Shown here: positions 22,551 through 35,736 of the stretch, in pieces
Position numbering within the stretch: position 1 is the first letter of the stretch
Layout: each line of letters opens with the position of its first letter
NCBI GenBank assembly: GCA_964016885.1
Contig: OZ024744.1
Coordinates: forward strand, 82,026,001 to 82,090,000
Reading direction: 5' to 3'
Length of the DNA stretch: 64,000 nucleotides
DNA from: Eledone cirrhosa
Lineage: Eukaryota
Notes under the pieces: generated by a model
The model's input: only the letters and a program-made list of their open reading frames with translations
What the model was told of the DNA's origin: nothing
The model's database searches: none
Made by a program: the position numbers and the translations under genes

Positions 22551-23394
22551 TGACTGCACCACAACATTAAATATTCAATACACACACACACACGCGCACG
22601 CGCGCATACACACACAAATATGTGTACACATCAAGTACTAACAAAACTATACATATATATATATATATATAAACACATTTATTTTTGTGTTGGGTAACAC
22701 ACCTCCACCACTCAAACACTTATCTTAAAAGCCCGAGGGCCCATATGACGGGAAAACGCTCACACTGACACCTTAACTCAAATACCCAACCCTATACAGA
22801 GCCCCTTGGTGGCCTACATGGCGGGTGCTTGCACGCACAGACTCGGGGACTCAGATTCTCAACGGGACAACGGCACATATAGAGTTCGATACGAGCTGAC
22901 TACTTGCTCTACACATGGATGTGTATATACCAAACCATACACTATTTAGACGATACGGATGTTACAATTCAATCGATACACGTATAGCAGAACGTTGAAC
23001 GGAATTTACTTGCGTGTGTATAGAGTTGTGGTTGACCCAATGTTTCTAATTTACATCGTTAAAATTGAGATTTGACCATTTGACCATTTATTGTTTTGTA
23101 ACCTAACTTTCGGTGCATACTATATTGGTATATATGTTTTTTCTCTGACCTCGCGTCGGTGTGTGTGAGTGTGTGTGTACTCACTCACACTGATTGTGAC
23201 CGACCGAAATTCTACAGATTTGATGTTGAGATTAGACCTGTCCAGCGTCTTTTACAGTTATTGAGAGATAAAGGCTTGATAGATTAATGACCCTAACTAG
23301 AGACGATAGCAGTTGGCGTGTTTTGGCTGCTGATTCTTTATATGGGGAACAAAACTCTAGTGAGTGAACATCGTTAGTTTGAAGACAATTCATT

Positions 23395-23470
23395 ATTCAC
23401 CTGATGAGATCGGTGATAATCGATCATGACCACACGATCGATCTAGCTCTTATTGAAACATGTGTCATGA
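23395..23470 (+). ncRNA. Hammerhead ribozyme-like motif (type I, long stem II)
   Basis: TCAC-CTGATGA-GATCG...CGATC..-GAAAC-ATGT-GTC-ATGA. Confidence 0.55.
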
Positions 23471-24530
23471 TTAAAATGATTGGAAATACCATGCCTTTGG
23501 ATTATTTTGATACAAATACTCCGTTTTACATCATCTAGCTGTTCCCATAAATGGAATTGGAGATATACAAAAGCGTGGAGAACTTAATATTGCTAACAAA
23601 AGTTTATTGGACCGTATGACACAACCAATACACCTTACTATATAACAACTATATACACATGTGTATATTTTACATCATATAAGCAGTTTCTCTTACATTC
23701 GCCAACTGGTTTCGCTAAAGTAAAGAAAGTTTGATAAATTGTCACAAAAGCGACATCAGCTACTTTAATCGTCAGACCCAGTGGAGTTGCAAGGGCGCCG
23801 TAGCGTACGACGCTTCTTGAATATTAAAAAAAAAAAAAATTTGGCGGAGTGCTTCCATTAAAGTGGAGAATGTGATAGAGGGAAAGGGAGATAGCAAGAT
23901 TGAAACTAGTCTAGGCCAGAAATTAATTCCTATATTTTGACTATTCGTAAGTTAGTGATGATTGAATTATATAGTTTTTATGTTCGTTTTTCCACGCTTG
24001 CATGGATCGTATGAAGACCGGAACTTATCCCGTTTTCATCTGTATTAAGTTCTGTGAAATGAAATTCTTTGCTTAAGAACAGAACATGGTATTTCGTCTG
24101 GGAACCGAATCCATGAGCTTAACACCTTAATCACTAAATCATGTTTTAGGATGATAAAAAAAGAAAGAAAAATGTTTGTGCTGAGCTGTGTTTGTTGGCG
24201 AGCTTATACATAATCGAAACGCTTCAAAACAAATTCAGATCACTAGACATAAAGGCAGGTCGTCTTTAGCCATTAGACCATTTAAAGAACATTTTTATTT
24301 ATGTAATTCATAAAAAATAACCGTCGGAAATTTCCTAAGCATCGTCGACCGCTTACATAATATTCTATACATAAACACTGGTAGGCACATTATCTCATAG
24401 ATCTAAACAACCAGTAAGTCCCACCATATAGAAGGACAAGCAACGCCATACTCTATGTCCATAGAACATTTAACAAGCCATCAACGATCTTAAAAATCTA
24501 GGTATATAGATAGATACAGAGGGAGAGAGG

Positions 24531-24591
<61 letters not shown>

Positions 24592-24595
<4 letters not shown>

Positions 24596-25271
24596 GTATA
24601 ATAAACAATACAATATAATTACCTCATTACCAGAGGTTTCCCGAATAAGACGAATACGAAAAACGTCCTCATTCGTTCGTCGGACAAGGCAATTTAAAAC
24701 ATAGTGAAATATTTGGAAAGTCTCCTCATTTCTATACATATATCGAGAATGACGCTTCTTTTTACTATTACACCCCCTCCCCTCTTTATCTTCCGCATAT
24801 AAGAGACCGCGCCTGTGTGTGTGTTTATACGCGTGCTTTCAGACTCGTATGTGTATTTAATACCTGTATCTAGATGCGTGTCAACTATATTTTCATACAA
24901 TTTCTTTTTCAACTCATATTATATACGTATTTGTGGTCACATATACACAAATATACTTGCCCTCATATATGTACTTACGCACACATTTTCACCATACACA
25001 TGCATTTGTACATACACACATATGTACATTTGTGAGTGTATATACATACATATACACATATCCTAACTATATTTCCTTATATTTTTTTTATATATCTCTT
25101 TCATTACTTTTATTTATATATTTTTTGCATTTCTTGAGGAGACTTTCCAAATATTTCACTATGTTTTAAATTGCCTTGTCCAACGAACGAATGAGGACGT
25201 TTTTCGTATTCGTCTTATTCGGGAAACCTCTGGTAATGAGGTAATTATATTGTATTGTTTATTATACATTA
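24592..25271. repeat. About 135-bp near-perfect inverted repeats around an about 400-bp spacer
   Basis: 24592-24728 is the reverse complement of 25136-25271. Confidence 0.9.
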
Positions 25272-25458
25272 GGGCGGTGAATTGGCAGTATCGGTAGAGG
25301 GTTGGATTATGCTTTCCAACATAGTTATGTCCCTTTACGATCTGAGTTCAATTCCCGCCGAGGCTAACTTTGCCTTTCATCCTTACGGGGTCGATAAAAT
25401 AAAGTACCAGGAATGTACTGGGATAATTGCTGGCCTTGTGCCAAAAAGTAGAAACAAT
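25272..25458 (+). mobile_element. SINE family A
   Basis: Matches 20382-20563. Confidence 0.85.
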
Positions 25459-25887
25459 TATTTATTATACATTAATTTTGCTCTGGTACTTACATAGAAC
25501 ACTCTTCACTCCTATGACTTTTTCAATTTTCAACGGAAACTTCAATACTTATATATATATATAGAGAGAGAGAGAGAGAAAGATAGATATAAAACAACGA
25601 CAATGACGAGGTTGACAACAACAATGACGACAACGACGATGACAATGATGACATTAACAACGACGATGACGATGTTAACATGAACAACAACAACGACGAC
25701 CACAACGATGAGGATGATGATGATAACAATAATGATTTCTAATTTAGGCAGCAATTATAAAGGGAAGGAAACGTTCATTAAATCAACCCCAATACATGAC
25801 TAGTACTTTATTTTATTGACTCCGGAAGGCTGAAAGGCAAATTTGACCTCAGCGTATTCGAACCTATTTATCTGTCTATCTATATAT

Positions 25888-28147
25888 CTGCGAAAGACCG
25901 ATCACAGCCACTGAAATACGGGACGCTCTGGGCCGCTGCGGGAAACGCAAATCACATGGTCTAGATGGTCTACCCTACGAGTTTTACATAGGCATGCCGG
26001 ACTTATTCTCTGGCGTCCTCGAAGCCGCCTATTGCAATTGGCAGCAGAACGGGAGAATTCCCAGTTCTTCAGGCAGGGGCGTAGTAACGCTGATCAGGTA
26101 AGACGAGAACAAGGGGAGGGGGGACGAACTAAGCAACTTTAGGCCCATAACTTTGCTCAACACAGAGTTAAAGATTTTGGCCAAGGTGTTAGCACCGAGG
26201 CTGGCACTTGTCGTCGAGAACCTGGTAGGGAAAGCGTAAGCATGTGCAATCCCGACCAGGTCCATACACGACAGCCTCCACCTCATGCGATACATCAGAG
26301 AGTGGGTGGGGTGTAAACCCGGCTTCGGTGGGGCTCTGATCAATTTAGATCAGGCTAAGGCGTTCGATAGGGTCGACCATCGATACTTGGAAGCGGTTTC
26401 AAGGCGGGCGGTTCCGGACCCGTCTTTAGAGGCTGGATCGCCGCAATGCACACCAACATCTGCTCGACGGTCAAGGTGAACGGCCACCTATCGGAGCCGT
26501 TCGCAATCACGCGTTCCACCCGACAGGGATGCCCTCTCTCCTCCATTCTGTACATACAGACTCTAGAACCACTACTACGGAAGTTGGATATTCTGCAGGG
26601 CATCTCGTTGGAATCAGGACTGCGGAAAACGGCATCGGCTTATGCCGAGGACGTGACAGTAATGGTGTCGAAAACCTCGGAAATCTGGGCGATCGGAAAT
26701 TTACTGCAGGAATAAGTAAGGCTCACAGGAGCAAAACTGAACCCGGACAAGTCTGTCGGTTTGCAACTCGGAACGTGGAAAGGCAAACCGATGCCATCCG
26801 ACAACGTCGTCGGACGCTGGACGGAAAGACCGGTGAAATTGCTCGGGGTTTGGTTCGGTCCGGACCTCCAGGGGGAGAAAAACTGGAACGAGGTCACGGC
26901 CAAGGTATTTGCGCTCACCCAGAAGAGGGCAGAGTGCAAACTGTCCTTGAAAGGTCGAGCGGAGGTGGCGAGCACTTTCATAGCGTCCGTCATCTACTAC
27001 CGCTTGTCCCCGTGAACCCCTCATCAAGCTGGAACGCATGCTCTTCCAGTTCCTTTGGAAGAAACAGGCTCTACTGGTGAGGAGATCTGTCTGCTGTCAG
27101 TACCCTTCCAGCGGAGGGCTGGGAATGCCGTGGCTGACGATGCGCAAGTATGCACTGAGGCTACGGCATCTCCAGGTATTTGTGTGGGCACCGTTTGTGA
27201 GACAGGCTTTCCCGCAACTTGTCTTGCTGACGGAGTTGCAGTCCTCGGTCAAGCGGAGACCGAAGAAGATGAGCCCTGGCACATTGAATGCGCTCAGGCA
27301 TTCACAGTCCTCTGTCAAGCGGACACAGCAATCAGTGGAGACTCCACTTCGACATTCTATAAAGGGTTAGTACGTCACAAGAGAGACGACGTGCTCGGAG
27401 AGACTCTGGGCGTCGAAAACGACGAGCTCACCAGTCTGTTTGGTATGACTTTCGGCTAGGGACCTGTGGACAACTTCCAGAGGTCCCTTGCCTGGCAGTG
27501 CTACCGAGAAGCTCTACCAGTTCGAGACAAGATCTACAGGCACGGACGCCCCTGCAGGGATCCTTCCAAGAGGACGTGGCCAAGATGCGAGCAGGGCATT
27601 GAAACCGTCTTGCACGCAATTGTACACCGCCCGGGCGTAACTGACCTGTGGAACTACGCAGAACAACAGCTGTCGCGTATGGGACAAATCCAGTTGACTG
27701 CCGAGTCCATAGTAGGGATCAAACCGCCAACTTCTTTCAAAAACAAAAGGGAGGCGGTTTTCCTCTGTATAGTGGCTATGGTGAAAGAGGTTATATGGTG
27801 GACGAGATTGAGAGGCTGAGGACAGATGCCCTTCTCTCCGGACAACAGCTCATTCCCTTCTTTTGGTACCACTTTAGAAGGAGAATCAGAGTGGAGAGAG
27901 AGGCACTGCACCCCAGTAAATTTACTGAAAGGTGGGTGAATGTAGCAAAAATAGCCCGAGTGATTGGGCCTTCTCTGTTTATAAACCTGTAGGTTGAAGA
28001 TGAGAGCAAAAGGAAGAAAGGTGCACTTGCACAACACGCTCCTGAAGTTGAGGGTTGTTCTATTTACGGGGTATTAAACAACACATCTGTGGCGCCTCCC
28101 CCCTATTGGGGATTTCGATTGTTAAATTTGTTTGTTTTAATAATATT

Positions 28148-28148
<1 letters not shown>
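25888..28148 (+). mobile_element. 5'-truncated degenerate Tx1 LINE
   Basis: Begins at CERPIT..GLDGLPYE after TATC repeats; RT motifs with stops and frameshifts; followed by (TATC)n. Confidence 0.92.
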
Positions 28149-28244
<96 letters not shown>

Positions 28245-28258
28245 TATCTATCTATCTC

Positions 28259-29245
28259 ACCTGGCACACTGAGTGTGCCCAGGCGCTCACCGCCCTCTGG
28301 CAGGCGGATCCGGTTATCAGTGGAGACTCCACCGCAACATTCTATAGAGGGCTGGTACGCAGCAGGTGCGACGACGCCCTCGGAGAAGCCCTACACATGG
28401 AGGAGGACGAACTGGCCAGCCTGTTCGGTAGGACATTCAGCCCGGGACCTATGGACAACTTTCAGAAGTCCCTGGCCTGGCAGTGCTACTAAGGGGCTTT
28501 ACCCGTTCGAGAAAGGCTCTACAGACACGGGCGCCCGGGTAGGGACCCCGCCAAAAAGATCTGTCCCAGATGCGTTTGCGACGAGGAAACCGTTGCACAC
28601 GCATTGGTACACTGCTCGGGCGTAGCCGATCTGTGGGGCTATGTCGAACAACTGCTGTCAAGGGTGGGACCGATCCGGTTGACCACCGAGTCTATTGTAA
28701 TGATCAAGCCGCCTCCCCCCTTCAAAGATGAAGCAGAGGCGGTGTTTCTGTGCGTAATAGCCATGGCGAAAGAGGTTGTATGGTGGACGCGTCTGAAAGG
28801 ACTGAGGTCAGGCACCTTTCTCTCTGGCCAACAACTGGTCCGTTTCTTCCGATATCATTTCGGAAGAAGGATCAGGATGGAGAGAGAGGTGCTGCACCCC
28901 AGCCGTTTCTATGAAAGATGGGTGAAAGTGGCGAGAATGGCCCGTGTGAATGGGCCTTCACTCTACATCAGACTATAGGTGAGGAAGATGAAAGACCAAG
29001 GGAGCACCCCTTCTCTGTGCTCCTGAGGAGAAGGGTTGCACACTTTTTCGGGGGTGTGTGCGACCCCCCAAGGCGCCTCCTCTCTATTGAGGATTTTGTT
29101 ATAAATTTTATTTTTTGTTATATCTTATTTTATTTTTATATTTTGTTATTGCCTCCTCCTTATTGAGGACGCCTTTTTGTGTAAACTCCCCCCTTTGTAC
29201 TTGTCCCACTTTTGATGCCCTAGTGGCAAATAAAAGAAACATATC
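28259..29245 (+). mobile_element. Tx1 3' fragment (C-terminal Zn motif and 3'UTR)
   Basis: CPRC..HALVHC and WVKVARMARVNG; ends GTGGCAAATAAAAGAAAC plus TATC; preceded by (TATC)n. Confidence 0.9.
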
Positions 29246-29372
29246 TATCTATCTATCTCCGGTATCTGGAAGGAATGAGGTTCAGTTCCTCATGGCGGCG
29301 TTTGGATACTTCTTTTTCTCTCTTTTAAGGATATTTATATCATTTCTACGTTACAGCACTTCCTTTATACTT

Positions 29373-29414
<42 letters not shown>

Positions 29415-30704
29415 ACACACACACCCACCCACACCCACCCACCCACCCGCACCCACCCACCCACACCCACCCACACACCCACACACCCACAGACACACAT
29501 ACACACACACACAGACACACATACACACACACACACATATATATAATGTATTGAAACGAGTGAAAAATAGGGCAAAACACAATCATAAACGAATCGGGTG
29601 GAAAATAGGACAATATAGAAACGGAGGAAAAAGAAATATTAGAATGGGACCTCGAATAAAGATTTTTAAGAGAACATACTACATACACACACATATGTTT
29701 GTGAGCAAAGTATTTTCAGACCATGTAGAAATAAGTCAGTTATTTTGATGTGTCGTTACCTATGTTAAGATTATTTAATAAGGAAGGGCTCTATGAATTA
29801 TATGCATCAATGTATATAGACTTATCTTACCATAATTGAAAAATAAACAACAAAGTTTTCCGATCCCCTGACGTTTTTTTCAAACTGACGAAATTTCAAC
29901 AGGAAATAAAAAAAAAATGTCGGGAACCCATAGCTCGGCCTCTTAGCACAACGCTATTGCCAAAATAAAACAGACGTCATTCGGAAGGAGCGCAATAATA
30001 AAACAAAGTTACTGATAATGTGGACAACACGCAAGCAGACAGACAAGTAAATTTGACAAACAGAAATATTATAAGTAAATAAATATCTGCGAGATAAAAC
30101 AATTGACATGCAGGAACAAACGAGACGTGATATGTATGTATATAGTACATAGGGTAGAATGTGTTTCTTCTTTTTTACAGACTAGAATTCTTTGACACGT
30201 GTATGTGTATATGTGTGTGCGTGTATGTGCATATGCATACATTTATATGTATGAGTATATAAATATAAAGGCAGACACACAAAAATACGCACTCACAGAC
30301 ATACATTTACACAAACACGCACATACATTCACACACACACACATACATTAACAACACATACATTTATACAAACACGCACATGCACATACACTCACACATA
30401 GCATAGCAAATGTAACGCCAGCCACTGTTTTGTTATAGTTATTTCATCATCCCTTTCCTTCCTTTTACACATACATACATTCACACAAACACAAACACAT
30501 TGTGTGACGGACGGAAATCGTTCAAATATATATATAGATACTTTCGAAAATGTTCCGACGTTGACAGTTCAAAGTACAAACGTTATAGCGTTCTTATTAT
30601 CGGATGGAGAAAACGGCACCAAAAACATTGGTGTATATGTGTATGTCTGCGCTTGCATATGCTTGTCTATACTCATTTGTGTATGTATTTATGCGTATTT
30701 GTCT

Positions 30705-30805
30705 CGCGATCGTAAGACCGCGAGTTCTACTCCCACTTAATATTACGCATTGTGCTCTTAAGCAAGACACCTTATTTCAAGTTTCCCCAGTCCACACATC
30801 TAGGA
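30705..30805 (+). mobile_element. Degenerate SINE family B fragment
   Basis: GAGTTCTACTCC..CTTAAGCAAGACACCTTATTTC. Confidence 0.5.
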
Positions 30806-31474
30806 AAATGATATATATATATATATAATTATACAATTCAAAGGGCCATCCTTGTTTAATAAAATCGTGCTGAATATCTCTGAAAAGTACGTTAAGGGTG
30901 CACTTGTATGGTAATTCCACGATCACGATGTACCGTTGTTCAAATAACTGGAATTCCTCGTCAGTACCGACGGAAGTCCAGCAACATGTGTGTATATGCC
31001 TGTATGTTAGTGTTGGTGTATTGTAGCGTTCATATGTCAATCATAGTCACCATTATAATGGCTTTGACTGCTGTCATTTTGAAAATATTTTCGCACATCA
31101 TGTTGGAACTAAATTCACTCGATAAAAATCTCTTCAACACCACGCACGTACACACATACATACATTCACACATACATACATATATACATACATACAGACA
31201 GACATATACATACATACATATATACATACATTTATACATACATATATACATATATACATAATTACATACATACATAAATACATATATACATACTTACATA
31301 CATACGTACACACAAACATACTTACACACATATATATATATATATTTATGGGTGTGCGTATGTGTGTGTGTGTATATATAATTGTGCGTGAGAGAGTCTG
31401 TGTACGTACAAGAGTATATGTATTTGTGTTTCTATCTGTATGTAAGTATGTATGTATGTATGTATGTATGTATG

Positions 31475-32083
31475 TCAGGTCACCAGTTGGTGCTACTGGT
31501 AACATGTATCCCAGTACAACCTGTCCCATGGTCGGGTCGTTGGCGACTAAACTGGCAACCCCACCAAGGTTTCTTGGTGAGGAGGGTGACTTTGGACATC
31601 CTGCAGGACTAAAAACAAAACCTGTCAAAGGGCAAAGGAGCTCTTAAGAGTCAATGGCCATCCAAAATCACTGGGAGAGATGACCCCTTAGCCTTTGTCA
31701 AGGCAGAATTCTAGGAGAAGGAAAACTCTGATATAACACCTGCAACCCTGATGGTATCCAATGATGTTGACTTGTTCTTCTTTTTGGTAAATATCATCTT
31801 GGTTAAGAGAGTGGGACTGGCTTTCGGCAGTGCCTTTGCTCACTATAAAAGCTTCACGGCACAGGCATTGCTTTATATCTGGAGATCTCTCTGCTCTTGT
31901 CATCACATGGTACCATGGGCCCAGCACTATGTGTCAATAATTGTCACAGGTGTAGTGTTTGTACCAGAGTTTTCAAGTCGCTGGCTGGACTAAAAAGTCA
32001 CACTCGTTCAGCGCATCGGTAGGGGTTCTCCTACATGGATATAAAGTAGTGGCCGTACTCGAAAACGAGTTGGCAGCCACCAT
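31475..32083 (+). mobile_element. Family B1, longest (probably full-length) copy
   Basis: Extra leader of about 200 bp, then the body matching 1591-1999; (TATG)n on both sides. Confidence 0.88.
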
Positions 32084-32374
32084 GTATGTATGTATGTATG
32101 TATGTATGTATGTATGTATGTATGTATGTATGTATGTATGTATGTATGTATGTATGTATGTATGTATGTCCAAAGACGGTGTAACAGTACTCAGTATATA
32201 TGTAGAGTTAACTTTACAAATAGATAAAACCTGACATTTAACACCGAGTCTATGTGGTATCTTTTTATGCTACGGCTTTTGCCAGGGCAAAACTGGGAGA
32301 AACGACAACATATACATAAAATCTCCGGTTGTAATTGTTGTTACACACACACACACGCACACACGCACACACAC

Positions 32375-32510
<136 letters not shown>

Positions 32511-32580
32511 TAGATATCGTTTTATACTTTTATTTACTTTAGCCAACATACCTTGGCCATGCTAGGGTACCACCATTAAT

Positions 32581-32759
32581 GTGAATTGGCAGTATCGGTA
32601 GAGGGTTGGACATGCTTTCCAGCATAGTTACGTCCCTTTATGATCTGAGTTCAAATCCCTCTAAGGTTAATTTTGCCTTTCATCCTTACGGGGTCGATAA
32701 AATAAAGTACCAGTAATGTACTGGGTAATTGCTGGCCTTGTGCAAAAGTAGAAACAATT
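32581..32759 (+). mobile_element. SINE family A
   Basis: Matches 20382-20563. Confidence 0.85.
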
Positions 32760-32802
32760 AATATATATATATATATCAATATGTATATATATATATATAT
32801 AT

Positions 32803-33535
32803 AAACATGAGAAGAAAGAAGAATACTGCGTGGTTGCACATGGGTTACATATGATGAAAATAGTCCTTCGTCACTGATTTTCCAACCATCATTGGTATTT
32901 CATCGCAATAAAAATCATATACCTCAGGTTGGTGCGAGCAATAACTAAACAAAGTTATTGGGACAAGTAAATCGCGTAAAGCGAAGGGGAAAAGTAAACA
33001 ACATAGAAGGATAAAAGCAAACCACATATAGGAAAAAAACAAGCAGCATGGTTGTCCGGTCAGCATAAGCTGGGTGGATTTCATGAGCGAACGGTACAGA
33101 CCGTCCGACGTGAGTGAGATGTAAGCAAGAAGAGACCCACTGTAAGCCAAACGGGAGGAAGTGAGAAGGGGAGAAACAGAGAGTGAGTGAGTGGAAGTGC
33201 GAGGAAGCTGTCAGTCGAGAGAAAGTGTAACTGACAGAGGGGGCGAAAGGTGAGAGAAACAGAGAGAACGGGGAAGCAGTAAGAGAGAAACAGACAAACG
33301 CAGCCGAGGTAAATATATATAAAAAAACACGAGAAGAAAGAAGAATACTGCGTGGTTGCACATGGGTTACATATGATAAAAATAGTCCAACCATCATTGG
33401 TATTTCATTGCATTAAAAATCATATACCTCAGGTTGGTGCGAGCAATAACTAAAAAAAGTTATTGGGACCAGTAAATCGTGTAAAGCGAAGGGGAAAAGT
33501 AAACAACATAGAAGGATAAAAGCAAACCAAATATA
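32803..33535 (-). mobile_element. Non-coding element with about 210-225-bp direct terminal repeats (Penelope pLTR-like)
   Basis: 32803-33030 is repeated at 33325-33535; each repeat has minus-strand CCAAC-CTGAGGT...GAAA...GGTTGG. Confidence 0.65.
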
Positions 33536-33550
33536 TATATATATATGAAT

Positions 33551-33745
33551 ATATTTAATATAGAAAAGCTTCTACAGGACTAGAACTGTTTCATTCGTGA
33601 GACATCAGCTTCCTGATGACTTCTGACGGATGAAACAGTTCTAGTCCTGTAGAAGCTTTTCTATATTAAATATTTATACGCTGCTATGTATTGAGTACCT
33701 TAATTGTGGTTACCCCAGATTGAACCCGGGATAACTTATATATAA
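33551..33745 (+). mobile_element. Palindromic Penelope-like mini-element, family P3, with hammerhead core
   Basis: Inverted arms 33551-33673; CTGATGA at 33613-33619, GAAAC at 33632, GTC at 33644; tail contains TATTGAGTAC like P1. Confidence 0.65.
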
Positions 33746-34115
33746 ATATATATATATGTTGGTTGTTTCGTTGCTTCGGTGTCGTGGCTAGGCTTGGCTG
33801 CCACAGTTTCCAATTTGTCATGCCGTCTAACGAATGTTATTATTCTGAGCTTTCTCGAAATAAAGTACCAGTAATGCACTGGGTAATTGCTGGCCTTGTG
33901 CCTAAAGTAGAAACAGTTATTACTCTGAGCTTTCTCATGGAGTGTTTGTATTTCGTTGGCTTGGCTAGAACCGAGGCTTCGATTTTACTAAACTTCCATT
34001 TGTATATATATGGTCTTGTTTGACTATCAGTTCCTCATATATATATACATGTGTGTGTGTATGGGGGGGGGGGGGGGGCGTATGTAAATTATTATATATT
34101 ATATATATATATATA

Positions 34116-34273
34116 TAGGAACAAGTAAGACCCCGACGGCTGAGCTCAAGCCGTTTCGAGCTTGAGCTCAGCCGTCGGGGTCTTACTTGTTCCTATTACC
34201 CACTCAAGCTACCCTAAGTATTGAGTACTTTGGTGCGTTATGGTCCACCTGGTTCCTTACCACATTTCCTTCG

Positions 34274-34276
<3 letters not shown>
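34116..34276 (+). mobile_element. Family P1 copy (centre deleted)
   Basis: TAGGAACAAGTAAGACCCC...GGGGTCTTACTTGTTCCTA plus tail. Confidence 0.78.
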
Positions 34277-34337
<61 letters not shown>

Positions 34338-34639
34338 TAATAATTTACATACGCCCCCCCCATATATATATATATATATATATATGAGGAACTGATAGTC
34401 AAACAAGACCAAGGAAACTATGTTTCATTTGGTCTTGTCCATTGCTGATACTATCTGCTGTCAGGAACGTCACTACTGTTCCAATGACAAGAGTTGGAAT
34501 TTGAACTTAGAAAGCACAGTCTAAAATAGATATAACACAAAGCATAGTTTGTAATGTAACATGTGGTTACTACTAGACACTGAAGCAATATTGACCGGAA
34601 GGATATCGTCTAAGAGCTTGGTTTTATTATATATCAGAC

Positions 34640-34858
34640 AAGGACGGTGGACTGACAATACCGGTAGAGAGTGGGATACTATGTTTTGCAGCATAGAGTT
34701 ACGGTCCTTTACGGTCTGAGTTCAAATCCCGCCGAGGTTAACTTTACCTTTCATCTATCGATAAAATAAAGTACCAGTAACGTGCTGTAGTCGATGTAAT
34801 CGACGTACCCCCCCCCTCCCACGAAATTATTGGCCTTGTGCCTATACCAGAAATCATT
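34640..34858 (+). mobile_element. SINE family A (variant)
   Basis: B-box GAGTTCAAATCC, CCGCCGAGGTTAACTTT, ATAAAATAAAGTACCAGT. Confidence 0.8.
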
Positions 34859-35664
34859 ATATATCAGACAGGTGATGTACGACATCTCCCCAATTCACAG
34901 GAGCTGCAGTAGCCGGCGATATCTAGATATTTATATGATTGAAAATGACACAATGCCGCCAGTGGCCACCCAGTAATCTATTCTGGTGGATCGTAAAAAA
35001 AGAAAAAGTGCCTGATCGTAAAAAAAATCGTGCCTGTACATAATTCTGTCCGGATTAAAAGATGTGCCAGGCTACCAGTTGCCGAAAAATGAGTGATTAC
35101 CTGTACAAGTATGTTCTAGAATTAATTTGCTTCGATAACATTCGTTTCTTTAAATGTAAATAGCAACTTGTGTAAAATATATGGTTTCCTGTTTCAGCCA
35201 TATTTGTTATTTCATAAAGACTGATTATAATATTAGCAACAACGGCAGCCACAGCGTTAGTAGTGCCAGAATTGGTGGTGGTCATAGTGACAATGAAGGT
35301 GCCATGTTGTATAAGTAGTAATCGATATGTGGACATTTATGGTGTGCTTGTATAAAGTTAAATGGTGTATAACCAGTATTAAAACAGTATACCATAGAAA
35401 TACAGAATACCCATGTATGTGTACGCTCCTATCTATCTATCTATCTATATATCCATCCATCCATATATATATATGGACGGATGGATATATATATATATAT
35501 ATATGGATGGATGGATATATATTTATGGATGGATATATATATATATATGGATGGATGGATATATATATATATATATATATTTACATAGCGTTTCCCTCTC
35601 TTTTTTTCTCTCACTCTCATTCTCGTCCTATTTATATGTACCATGTTCCATTCTCATCTCTCGT

Positions 35665-35736
<72 letters not shown>

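Noticed and set aside
29860-30000. Possible promoter (TGACG twice, GACGTCA)
   Set aside because: Short motifs expected by chance; no linked exon seen.
30925-30970. Minus-strand CTGACGA...GAAC hammerhead-like string
   Set aside because: The second box is non-canonical and stems II and III are unconvincing.
31475-31595. Twister or HDV ribozyme assignment (GTCCCA..CGG, GAGGAGGG)
   Set aside because: Required pairings and the twister UAA element could not be placed; kept only as an unclassified structured leader.
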